Positions 23,067 to 33,995 of a DNA stretch of 35,469 bases are shown piece after piece. The notes beneath the pieces were generated by a model, which saw nothing but the letters and a program-made list of their open reading frames with translations, did no database searches and had not been told where the DNA came from. Position numbers and translations under genes: made by a program. Source of the stretch: Nemertoderma westbladi (lineage: Eukaryota; Animalia; Xenacoelomorpha); NCBI GenBank assembly GCA_032718475.1, contig JAUCBJ010005830.1:1-35469 (forward strand), written 5' to 3'. The stretch's first letter is position 1, and every line of letters begins with the position of its first letter.

Positions 23067-26000
23067 CTACTACTACTACTACTACTACTAGGTCGAGCGA
23101 ACTCGGACAGTGGAAATGAGATCCTTCCAGGCTTCCCGATTCTCCATAATTGTCGCAATTTCGTTTCTCCCAAGTTCAGTATCCCTTTCAAGTTGATCTA
23201 TATATGTTATGGCCGGTCGTCCACGACTACGCTTTCCATGAGTTGGTTGCCAGAGAAGTAGATCTGGTATGACCTCGTCTTTACTTCGCCAGCAGTGCCC
23301 ACTGAATCTTAATCTGAGTTCACGGAGGGTGGTTGATACAGGTGGTATTGTACCATAAAGCTCGGCGTTTGTCATGTGTTGTCTCCAGCTGATGTTTAGG
23401 GCTGCCCTTAGTAGTCTTGTGTAGCAACCATCAATTCGTTGTTCAAGTGATTTAGTCAGTGTCCAGGTCTCACCCCCGTATAAAAATACACTTTCCACTG
23501 TGGCTCGAAAGAACTTAGTCTTCAGGTGCCTGGAGAGATCTGATTTCCAGATGGTATCCATTTTTGATAGAGCTACCCAAGCCTTTGCTTTCCTAACTTC
23601 TATGTCCTTTTTGCTACTCTATATCCATGATCCAAGGTACTGGAAGTCATCGACCTTCCTTAGTTGATTATTATCAATGGTTGTCAAGTTTCCATCAACA
23701 TTAAAGGTCATGAATTCGGTCTTTTATATGCAATTTATATGCAATTTTTGCTCATATGCAGCATTTATATGCAATCCAACCTCCTTAGCAGCCCTCTCCA
23801 CTTTATTTAGTAGAAGCTGTGCATCTGCTAGCGTATTAGAGAGCAGGGCGATGTCATCCGCAACCGCAAAATTGGGTGTCTGAGACTGTAGTTGCCGGAT
23901 ATCTACTACTTCTGCGTTCTTGAAGTGTGAATCCCAGATCTTCACCGTTTGTGGCCGTCCTCATTGCGTAATCCAGCACAATTACAAATAGTAATGGTGC
24001 TAATGTGTCACCTTGCAGTACGCCAGCCAGGATTGAGAACAACTCAGTTTCACCATCTGATGAGAGTACCTGCGCTTCTGTGTCACAATATAACAATCCA
24101 ATGCCAGCAACAATTACTTCTGGTATTCCATAAGCTCTTAGGATTTAAAGAATTTTACCTCTATGGATGGAGTCGAATGCCTTCTTGAAGTCGATAAAAG
24201 TTATGACTGCGGGGAGATTCTTTGACTTAATTCCTTCAATCAGTCTCCGTAGTGCAAGTATCTGAGCTATTGTTGATCTACTTGGTCGAAATCCGTTTTG
24301 GCTCTTACGCAGTAGTTTCTCTATGTGAGGCCTAATCCTATATAGAATCATTTTATTGTTTATTTTGGCAGCTATCACAAGCAGACAGATCCCACGATAG
24401 TTTGTTGGTATGCCAAGGTCTCCTTTCTTGGGGAGAGGCTTTAGTTGACCTTTAGTCCAAATTGGTGGTGGCTTTTCCCCTTTTAACATCCGGTTGCAAA
24501 CATTCAATAATGGTCTGTTTAGCACTCCGGTTTTCCATAACTCCGCTGGGATTTCATCTAATCCACTCGCTTTTTTATTGGACATGCTTTTAATGCTTCT
24601 TTGGAGTTCGGCAGGTGTGAAGTCCCCTGTTTCTATAGGTAGTGTCTTGTCATATATTTTCCTTGTAGGGCTGACCTCGATGTTGTGTGGCTGCCCAAGC
24701 AAGTTGCTGAAGTCATTTTTTCCACTTCCCAACACGTTCTTCAGGACTATCGGCTTTGAGGCGCCCCTTTGCACAACTTTTCCGACCAGATACCTCATTT
24801 ACAGTTTGCCAGGTAAGTCTTGATTGTTGCTGTATGTGAGCAGTTGTAATTGCTTCAGTTTTATCCTGTATGTACTTTTCCTGGCTGATGTTGTAGGCCA
24901 ATTTAAGATCGTCCTTAGCTTTCTCAACCTTGTTTATGTTTTCGTTTGTTGGTTGTTCGGTTTTAACTTTGTAGGCTATCTTAAGATCTTCTCTCTTGCA
25001 AGTAACCTCAGAGTTTTGCCATGGCACATACTGTTTTCGTTTGAGTTTCTGGGGGATATGCCTCTTAGCTGATTCCTTGTGGGCTGTTATTATATTCTGG
25101 TATATTGAATCGGTGGATTGGTCTTCATCCATTGACTGAAGTGCTTCAAAGCGGTTTTGAACTTCTACTGTATAAGCATCCTTTACAGCATTGTCAGTTC
25201 TGAGTTTCTCCCAGTCATAGTTGATTTGCTTGCTTGTCCTGGGTTTGCTGGCTCTCAAACTGAGTCTGATCTCTGCAGCACAATTCTGTGGTCCGAACCA
25301 ATTAGGTTGAACGAGCTGTATGCCTCACAGTTGATCATGCTGTTTCTCCACTTTTTGTTTATAAGGATGTAATCCAGTTGTGCTTTGGTTCCATTAGGGT
25401 ATTGAAAGGTCCATAGCTTCCCCTTACTCTTTTCGAATGTGTTGTTTGTTGGTATCAATTCACATTCTTCAATTAGGTCTAAAAGTAAGTACCCATTTCT
25501 GTTAGAACTGGTGTTATAGGTGTAACCCTTGATGTCTTCTGCGCCAATTTGCGCATTCAGGTCACCAGCAATGACTTTAACATTGTGTTTCGGAATGTCC
25601 TTAATAAGTCCAGTCAGTTCTTCATAAAACTTGACTGCTTGTTCTGGCTCTGAGGCATTGGTTGGACTGTAGCAACATATAACTGTTGTCTTGGGATTCC
25701 CATCAAATGTTGCGATCATAACCCTGGAATTTATAGATTCGATGTTGTTTAGGGTCTTAAGTGCAAATGGGCTTAGCAGAATTCCTACTCCACCAATTGA
25801 TGCATTGGCCGAGTTTCTTACTGCTGAGCTTGTTACTAACTTCCATCCATTTCCAATGTCATTGTACTTCATGGCAGTGACTTCATGACAAATCCGATGT
25901 TCTTGGATGCAGATGATGTCGATGTTATATTCCATTGCCAGAGCGACCATGTCACCCTGTTTGCTCTGTGCTTTCAGCGTGCGTGCGTTCATTGTAGCAA

Positions 26001-26410
26001 TCTTTAGTGTCTTTTTACATTTCAGCAGGTTGGTTCTTCTTTCTTCTCTGTCTTCTGTTCCAGTAGCCGATTTATCGACCCCAGCCTGGTTTACCACTGA
26101 GGGACGCGGTCCTTGTTGACCCGTGCGACGACCGAGCCGGTATTTCTCCTGGAGGGTTCTCATACTCATAACTTTCAGTTGCGAGAGTAAACCGCTTGTG
26201 GTCGCAACTCCTACTCCTACAAGCGTCTTCGCAGTAGGTTGCCGTTGGTTGATTACCTTCCGGCGACCTTGTCAGCATGTCTAGCCGTTGGTTGATTACC
26301 TTCCGCCTATCCATGGCCTACAGCCCTGCTGCCGACTGTAGGGGTCCTTTTGTTACACCTTGAACCAAGTGTGCCTCCTGGTTACCTAACACTGGTAGAG
26401 GAGGTAATAG
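23067..26410 (-). mobile_element. Full-length RTE-clade non-LTR retrotransposon (APE endonuclease + RT), inactivated by several frameshifts
   Basis: APE (IATMNARTL, IQEHR, GDLNA, LDYIL, SDHR) at 25255-26169; linker at 24713-25258; RT (PKKGD, NYRGI, QNGFR, FIDFKKAFDSI, GVLQGDTLAPLLF, ADDIALL) at ~23700-24798; RTE C-terminus (LYGGETWTL, RLRFSGH, RGRP) at 23088-23561. (TAG)n tail at 23065-23090. Candidate TSD cttg(a/c)aggtaata at 23054-23066 and 26411-26423. Confidence 0.95.
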
Positions 26411-26765
26411 CTTGCAGGTAATAGCCATGGAAAATAGACTTTGTATTTTAGGGTTGTGTTTCCTCCGGTGTCATGTGTTTATTGTTCGTCGGTAACTTCA
26501 ATTTTATGCATGACATCACACTTAAATTAATATTTATACTAGGCTTACTCAGGTATATACAGTATAAAATTAATGCCTTTTTTTAAAATTTGTTTGTTTT
26601 TATTTTTTTTAAATCATGCTTTTAATGAAGAAAACCTTGTATAGTTAAGAGTTATATAATTTATTTTAACAGTCACCTCATCTCACTTATGTAATCCGTT
26701 GCTTTTTAAATTTTTATAAAAATAACAAAAAAGTAGAATTTGATTTTTATATTATTTATTTCCAG

Positions 26766-27044
26766 ATTATGGTGAACAAAGTGTTGCAACGCGTTGCCGA
26801 GGTGGAGTTGATGTTGTTTAAACGACGTAGCAGTTTAAGACGAATGGCATTGCAGGAAGTCCGTCCGGTTCAACCAGTAGTAGGTATCCCGGCAACCGCG
26901 TCACGTGTCGTTACCTCATTGGTTGAGGCGCAGACAGCGGATAGTGCGGAGTCTGTGATGGAGGGGGGCACCTCGCCACCCGCATTCCCACGTCGCTACT
27001 CCATGTACTTAAATAGAAGGAGAAAGTCAAACAACAGAACTCAT
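26766..27044 (+). CDS. MCF2L: MCF2L/Dbs-like exon, phase 0-0
   Basis: tccAG|ATT...CAT|GTtagt. KVLQR...FKRRSSLRRMALQEVRPVQPV resembles Dbs KVFQK...FHRRQASLKKLAARQTRPVQPV. The 3' boundary is inferred from phase. Confidence 0.88.
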
Positions 27045-27273
27045 GTTAGTTGACAAATTATTTGTTCATAATTTATTTTGCAATTTTTATTTTTTAATCT
27101 CTACGGTGATGAGGCCGACTTTATTGTATGAAATTACTTACTCTCCATTGTATACGTTTACATTATTTACATTCATTATTTCTTTATTTTTGATTATTTT
27201 GATCAGATGCATACTACTACCGGTATATAGTACAGTAGGCCTACTTTATGGTTCATTATTTTGCGTTATTTAG

Positions 27274-27365
27274 GTTGAACACCCGCCTGCTGTAGAAGAA
27301 GGAACTACACACGACGTTGAATTAGATTACAACAAACTACAAGAAGATAATTGTGGGCAAAGAAG
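27274..27365 (+). CDS. MCF2L: MCF2L/Dbs-like linker exon, phase 0-2
   Basis: tttAG|GTTGAA...AGAAG|GTGAGT. Encodes VEHPPAVEEGTTHDVELDYNKLQEDNCGQR(R). The phase-2 end joins the first base of the DH exon. Confidence 0.8.
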
Positions 27366-27375
27366 GTGAGTTAGT

Positions 27376-28216
27376 ATGGCTGGTTATGTACCCTATATAA
27401 CAGTATTAATGGCTGGTTGTGTACCGTATATAACAGTATTAATGGCTGGTTGTGTACCGTATATAACAGTATTAATGGCTGGTTATGTACCGTATTTAAC
27501 AGTATTAATGGCTGGTTATGTACCGTATATAACAGTATTAATGGCTGGTTATGTACCGTATATAACAGTATTAATGGCTGGTTATGTACCGTATATAACA
27601 GTATTAATGGCTGGTTATGTACCGTATTTAACAGTATTAATGGCTGGTTATGTACCGTATATAACAGTATTAATGGCTGGTTATGTACCGTATATAACAG
27701 TATTAATGGCTGGTTATGTACCGTATTTAACAGTATTAATGGCTGGTTATGTACCGTATATAACAGTATTAATGGCTGGTTGTGTACCGTATATAACAGT
27801 ATTAATGGCTGGTTATGTACCGTATTTAACAGTATTAATGGCTGGTTATGTACCGTATATAACAGTATTAATGGCTGGTTATGTACCGTATATAACAGTA
27901 TTAATGGCTGGTTGTGTACCGTATATAACAGTATTAATGGCTGGTTATGTACCGTATTTAACAGTATTAATGGCTGGTTATGTACCGTATATAACAGTAT
28001 TAATGGCTGGTTATGTACCGTATATAACAGTATTAATGGCTGGTTATGTACCGTATTTAACAGTATTAATGGCTGGTTGTGTACCGTATATAACAGTATT
28101 AATGGCTGGTTATGTACCGTATATAACAGTATTAATGGCTGGTTATGTACCGTATATAACAGTATTAATGGCTGGTTATGTACCGTATATAACAGTATTA
28201 ATGGCTGGTTATGTAC
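27376..28216. repeat. 33-bp intronic minisatellite, 25 full copies plus a partial one
   Basis: Unit ATGGCTGGTT(A/G)TGTACCGTAT(A/T)TAACAGTATTA. Confidence 0.97.
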
Positions 28217-28724
28217 ACGAATCGTTAATTTATAAGTTGATCATTAATATTAAATGTTGGATCATGACCTATGACCTACTATAATTATAGTTGTAGGTCA
28301 TGGTTGGATGTACTTTATTTCATTATTATATTTTACATTACAATGTAAGTAAAGTAAAAAAGATGAAAAAAGATAAACAAGAATCACCAGTGACGACCAG
28401 AAGGTTCCTCTCTTTTGGCTGTTTCCGTTAATGCAGGCTTGGCGCCACACTTTACCCCCCCCCCCCCCCCCCCCCTACATAATATGCCAGGTTCCCATTA
28501 TAGGTGCATTGGCTGGAGCTACTTCATTATAGAGTTAACAGCTTAACAAAATTGGCCTGTTCATTTTGTGTTCCTTCTCGACCTTGTGTTCGGCAGACCG
28601 ACGTTCTAACACATTGACCACTAAATGTTTTTACATAATGCAATGTTCCTCAAATTATTTATTATTTAACTTGAACACTATGGAAATAATATGTAATACT
28701 GACCGTGATTGTTTATGTATTTAT

Positions 28725-29600
28725 GTATTCATGTGAGCCTTAGCATAGCTGTACTGTGTGAGCCGTCCCGCCGTCGTCTGTCTTCATCGTCGTCGTAATT
28801 TTTTGAACGCTAATAAATCAGCCAATCACGGATGAAATGGAACCAAACTTGGTACACATGTAGTCAATGAAAAGTTTAAAAATTCTCACACAGACAGATT
28901 TCTGTAGTTCATATGTCTGCCGCTAGAGGACGAATTGACAAAAAGTAAACATAGCTGTAATTATAGAACCAAGCACAGATTAATCTGAAATTTGGTAGGA
29001 GTAACCTATGAGCACTGCTGAATTATAAATTCTAAACAAGTACAAACCTCTACAGTTCTTCTGTCTGCCGCTAGGGGGCGAATTGACAGAAACGTAGAAG
29101 TAGCTGTACTTATAGAACTATTCATCTGATTCATCAGAAATTTGGTAGGAGTGACCTATGAGCATTGATGAATTATAAATTCTAAACAAGTGCAGATTTA
29201 TATTGTTCCTCTGTCTGCCGCGAGGGGGCGAATTGGCAGAAACGTATAAGTATCTGTACTTAATACAACCAACAATCAGATTCATCTGAAATTTTTAGGA
29301 GTGACCAATGAGCATTGCTTAAGTAGAAATTCTACTCAAAGACAGACTTATATAGTTCCTCTGTCTGCCGCTAGGGGGCGAATTGACAGAAACGTAAAAG
29401 TAGCTCTATATAGAACCAATCAGATTCATCTGAAAGTTTGAGCAGTGACCTACGATGCTTGCTTAAATAGAACTGGTAGAGACAAGCTAACGAAGTAGTA
29501 GACCAAATTTCAAGTACTCGGATTTACAGCTTTCTCGGGTTAGCCGAGTCTCGTGCTGCGCGAAGGCCCTACGAACGTGTACAGCTACAGCGTGACCTAG
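28725..29600 (+). mobile_element. Non-autonomous Helitron/Helentron-like (HINE-type) element with an internal ~150-bp tandem array
   Basis: Subterminal inverted repeat tagctgtac (28746) / gtacagcta (29579), (cgt)-rich microsatellite near the start, aaacttggt/aaatttggt motifs, 3' end CTAG followed by TT, no TSD seen. Confidence 0.7.
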
Positions 29601-30097
29601 TTACTATAGATACGACCCACAATGGCACTGCATAGCACCTAAATTTAGTGGGCCAGTTATTTCTCTTAGATGGAATCCCAGAAACAATAGGTCTAGCGCG
29701 TCGAAAGTACTTGGCCATAACTTAAATTATGTCCTCTTTTAGATGAGGCAAGTACAAATGGAATAGCTCCAATAGTTTTCTAGTTATGGGGATTTCCTGA
29801 CACCCATGTCAACACCTTTCAGAATTGAAATAAGATTACTCAAAATAAACCTCTATCCACTTTAAAGAATTTGATATAACCATATTATGATTTTTTCGTG
29901 TGTTTATTTCATTATTATTAACATTTAGTGTCTATTAAAAATCGGTGTTTTGACTTCTAATCTCACTTTCGATTGTGAATAATGAATTAAACACACCAAA
30001 AAATAATAATATAGTTCGCTATACCGAAGTCTTTAAAGGGAAGTGTATTTTAAGTAATATTTTCTCATTTCCGAAATGTGCTGAAATGGGTGCCACC

Positions 30098-30210
30098 ACT
30101 ACTACTACTAGACTACTAGAATCGGCATGCTGCATTGCATTGCATTGCAGCTGCATTTTTAAAAATGCTGTGCCGGCTTGTCGACAAAATTGCGCCGCCA
30201 CAACTCCCTA
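30098..30210 (-). mobile_element. Very short RTE 3'-end fragment with (TAG)n tail
   Basis: ctactactac...atcggcatgctgcatt...aatgctgtgccggcttgtc...gccacaactcccta is shared with the other copies. Confidence 0.8.
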
Positions 30211-30309
30211 TTTATTATTAAGCCATGGTAGTGGCACTTCAAGTAACGTAAAACCAATCATAATTATTATTAAAACATACCGATGATACACACATTAAAT
30301 AAAATAATT

Positions 30310-30600
30310 TAAAATGGTCATTCAGATGGAATTCAGTTTATTTACCCCAATAGGATAGAGATTCTTTGTTTTCCCTGCATTCAGTTAAGTTGATCGATTT
30401 CCATGCCTGGGATGATTGCCTGCTGTCGTCAGCATCATTGATGGCATCAATCAACCTGTTGGTTTATTAGCTCCTGTAGATTAACAGAGTACTGCCTGTT
30501 CAGGGACCTAGATGCAGTCTTAACTGCATTCTTGGCCACTGTAGTCTGTTTAATTCAGCAACCAGGAACTCGCCATATCTCGAAAACTACTGGGGCTACG
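30310..30600 (-). mobile_element. Degraded RTE fragment (endonuclease-RT linker region)
   Basis: Minus-strand VKTASRSLNRQYSVNLQELINQQVD..AINDADDSRQSSQAWKSIN aligns by eye with VEKAKDDLKLAYNISQEKYIQDKTEAITTAHIQQQSRLTWQTVN in the 24713-25258 ORF. Confidence 0.6.
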
Positions 30601-30633
30601 CGCTAGACCCATTGTTTCAGGGATTATAACTAA

Positions 30634-30817
30634 GATAATTATATTTAATTTATATTTATATTTAACGTCAAGCTACTAATAGTAAAAAACCGTACCGGTA
30701 GGTATGTACAACAAGTAAATAAAAATCGATTTTTATTTACTTGTACATACCTACCGGTACGGTTTATACTATTAGTAGCTTGACGTTAAATATAAATATA
30801 AATTAAATATAATTATC
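30634..30817. repeat. 184-bp near-perfect spacerless palindrome
   Basis: Centre aaaaatcgattttt (~30721-30734). The arms differ only by small indels and substitutions. Confidence 0.93.
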
Positions 30818-30934
30818 AACTTGTCAAGCTTTCCTTACAACTGCATAACTAAAAGATAATTATCTGGCCCACTAAATGTAGGAGTTTTGCAGCAGATTGG
30901 CGGGTCGATATATTACAGTAGGTTATGTGCATAC

Positions 30935-31526
30935 TACTACTAGGATCGGCATGCTGCATTACAGCTGCATTTTTAAGAATGCTGTGCCGGCTTGTCAACA
31001 AAATTGCACCGCCACAACTCCCTATCACCCATGACATTTGCTAGATCATCCGCATCTTTAAGGCCAGTGTCCTTTAAGATGCGTCTCAAGAAAGTTATGG
31101 GCTGTCCACCATGCTTATTCACTCCATGAGGCTGCCAAAGTACAAGATTATGCACTGGCTGGTCCTCACGGCGAAATTAATGTCCTGCAAAGCGGAGGCG
31201 ATTTTGTTCTAGTGTCAAGCTTGGGGGAACCAATGAGACACCTCCAATGTTATATAGTGTCTGGTTGGAGATGTGTGCATTGTACTTGACACAATGAACC
31301 CGGCGTAGCATTCTTGTGAATGTGCCATCCAGAGATTTGGTGTCCTCAGCAGTTAGAGCCCAGCATGGACTCCCGTAGAGGAGTACTGGAACTACTGCTG
31401 CTCTAAATAACCGGACCTTAAGTTTCCGATTAATTCTTGGTGACTTCCAAATCCTGGAAAGCCTATTCAAGGCTGCCCATGCCTTTCCCTTACGTATTCG
31501 AAGGTCCTCACCTGACTTCCGGATCC
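30935..31526 (-). mobile_element. 5'-truncated RTE LINE (second family)
   Basis: ORF 31177-31470 (LLYGSPCWAL...RLRFAGH), (TAG)n tail, candidate TSD atgtg(c/t)atac at 30925-30934 and 31527-31536. Confidence 0.88.
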
Positions 31527-31571
31527 ATGTGTATACGCATTCCGGTAATTGTATTTAACTTTGCGTTTTAG

Positions 31572-31776
31572 AATGATTATGGCGGAACTACTAGCAACTG
31601 AGTCAACATATATAGCAGAGCTTAAAGATGTATTGTTGGGATACAAAGCTGTGTTAGACCAGCCTGCTAAGTCACATCCCTTACACTATCAACTGGCAGA
31701 AAAGTCTGATATACTCTTTGGCAACCTTGGAGAAATCTTTGCATTCCATTCTAAAATATTTATGCGTGATTTAGAG
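31572..31776 (+). CDS. MCF2L: MCF2L/Dbs-like exon, start of the DH (RhoGEF) domain, phase 2-0
   Basis: tttAG|A ATG...GAG|GTAGGT. Encodes MIMAELLATESTYIAELKDVLLGY...ILFGNLGEIFAFHSKIFMRDLE. Confidence 0.95.
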
Positions 31777-31876
31777 GTAGGTTTTGGTTTTAAATGATTT
31801 GGGACTTTGTAAGTTTTAGAATTGTGAAATATGTGCCAGTATGCCTACGAGTATTATGGTAGCCAGTATGGCCCCG

Positions 31877-31985
31877 CCAGTATGTTACCGCGTCATTCGA
31901 AATATAATCACATTTGTTACACACTACATATTATGTAGTGTGTAACAAATGTGATTATATTTCGAATGACGCGGTAACATACTGG
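31877..31985. repeat. 109-bp perfect palindrome (54-bp arms, 1-nt centre)
   Basis: ccagtatgttaccgcg...ctacata-t-tatgtag...cgcggtaacatactgg. Confidence 0.95.
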
Positions 31986-32019
31986 ATATACTAGAAATAC
32001 ATAGTAAATGTATGGCGTA

Positions 32020-33313
32020 GGATCTGTTCTAGGAGAGTAGCCCCCCGGTCAGTAGCCCCCGGACAGTAGCCCCCCGGACAGTAGCCCTCCGGACAGTAGC
32101 CCCCGGACAGTAGCCCCCGGACAGTAGCCCCCCGGACAGTAGCCCCCCGGACAGTAGCCCCCGGACAGTAGCCCACGGGCAATAGTCCCCCGGGACAGTA
32201 GCCCCCCGGACAGTAGCCCCCGGACAGTAGCCCCCGGGCAATAGTCCCCCGGGACAGTAGCCCCCCGGACAGTAGCCCCCGGACAGTAGCCCCCCGGATA
32301 GTAGCCCCCGGACTGTAGGCCCCGGACAGTAGCCCCCCGGACAGTAGCCACCCGGACAGTAGCCCCCGGACAATAGTCCCCCGGGACAGTAGCCACCCGG
32401 ACATTTCCCCCCCGGACAGTAGCCCTCCAGAAGTAGCCCCCTGGACAGTAGCCCCCCGGACACTAACCCCACCCGAATGAGTTTTTAACCTTTATGTTTT
32501 GTGTTTATGAGTGTTATTTTGATATTGGTTAGTGTTATAGAACCTCAGTAGATATTTTTTTATGGTAGCTTGTGTTTTTTTTACTAGCTACGGCAGTATT
32601 TTTTGAAAATAAAAAAATTTATATTGTTTTGAGTGTTTTTTGATATTGGTGAATGTTCTAGAACCTAAGTAAATTTTTTTATGGTAGCTACTATTTTTTG
32701 AAAATTATTTTGGTCATTAATATATTCTGCAACATTTTAAACCTGAAATATCCATGTTTTTACATTTTTTTTATAATTTAAAAATATACTAGCTATCAAA
32801 AAACACTAGCTATCATAAAAAAACATATCTACTAATGATCTATAGTATATTCACCAATACTACTACTAGGATCGGCATGCTGTATTACAGCTGCATTTTT
32901 AAGAATGCTGGCCGGCTTGTCAACAAAATTGCACCGCCACAATTCCCTATCACCCATGACATTTGCTAGATCATCCGCATCTTCAAGGCCAGTGTCCTTT
33001 AAGATGCGTCTCAAGAAAGTCATGGGCTGTCCACCATGCTTATTCACTCATGCACTCGCTGTATGTACTGGCTTATATAGTGTCTATGGTTGTGTTGGTT
33101 ATACTATATATCTATAGTATATTCACCAATACAAAAAGAACATTAAAAAATATTATATTCTGGAATTTCAGTGATATAAAATAATACTGAATAAATGAAA
33201 AATATAGATGTTTTTTTCTTAATACTACTCATCTTTTGGGGCTGGGGGGCTACTTTCCGGGGGCTACTGTTCCGGGGGGCTATTGTCCGGGGGGCTACTG
33301 TTCCGGGGGGCTA
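32020..33313. mobile_element. Foldback/MULE-like element with (CCCCCGGACAGTAG)n subterminal arrays; right end truncated
   Basis: 14-15-bp tandem repeats at 32038-32462 and inverted copies at 33238-33313. Internal inverted block at ~32548-32590 / 32790-32832. Confidence 0.65.
32861..33109 (-). mobile_element. Short RTE insertion with a 23-bp TSD, nested in 32020-33313
   Basis: TSD atctatagtatattcaccaatac at 32838-32860 and 33110-33132. Body nearly identical to 30935-31125. Confidence 0.88.
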
Positions 33314-33500
33314 CGCACTGTAATGACATACTGAGAAATAATGTCGCACTGCGATATAAACTTGGAAAATATTGCATACTGGCGATTTAATAGTGCGAAA
33401 TTAATTCCATAGAAATAAACAAAAATTATTAAGTACCGTATTAATATTATCATAAAATTGAACTGGTTTCGAAATAATTAGAATATTTTTGTTTATACAG

Positions 33501-33644
33501 GCCTATCGTGATTCCCCAGAAGGTGTTGCTAGGTGTTTCCTTGACAACCGAGATTGGTTCCAGGTCTACGGCGATTACTGCCAGAACCGCCCACATAGCG
33601 AAAAACTGTTGTCGCACCTTGGAGAATCCAGTCAGTTCCTAAAG
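33501..33644 (+). CDS. MCF2L: MCF2L/Dbs-like exon (DH domain), phase 0-0
   Basis: tacAG|...|GTGAGA. Encodes AYRDSPEGVARCFLDNRDWFQVYGDYCQNRPHSEKLLSHLGESSQFLK. Confidence 0.95.
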
Positions 33645-33995
33645 GTGAGAGTATCTAGATTGAAGCAGAGGAGAGATTCTAGTTCTCTAGAAGTGGTGAC
33701 ATTCAGACGTCAACGTATATTTCGATGGATCACTTTCATCGCTTTTACTCGAATAGACTAACCAAATCTTAAGGTCAAACCTTGTCTTGAATTATTGGCG
33801 CCCAAATTCGGGATATTCACCCGTTACCTTGACAATATAGAAACTTTCTTTACCAACCAAATTAGCATTTTCGAAATGATAAGAAAAATTTATTAAAATT
33901 CAGGGGAAATACCGGCGAAGTACCATTATGATATTATGCTAGACACCCAGCCATCGTAAAGCTTCCCATTATAGAGGTTCTCGCGCCAGATATGG

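Noticed and set aside
27376-28284. 33-bp array as a CRISPR array or a repeat-protein gene
   Set aside because: Head-to-tail units with no unique spacers, no cas genes, and an intronic eukaryotic context.
31991-32472. GGYCP/GATVR/GLLS repeat ORFs
   Set aside because: Translations of a 14-15-bp tandem repeat in three frames.
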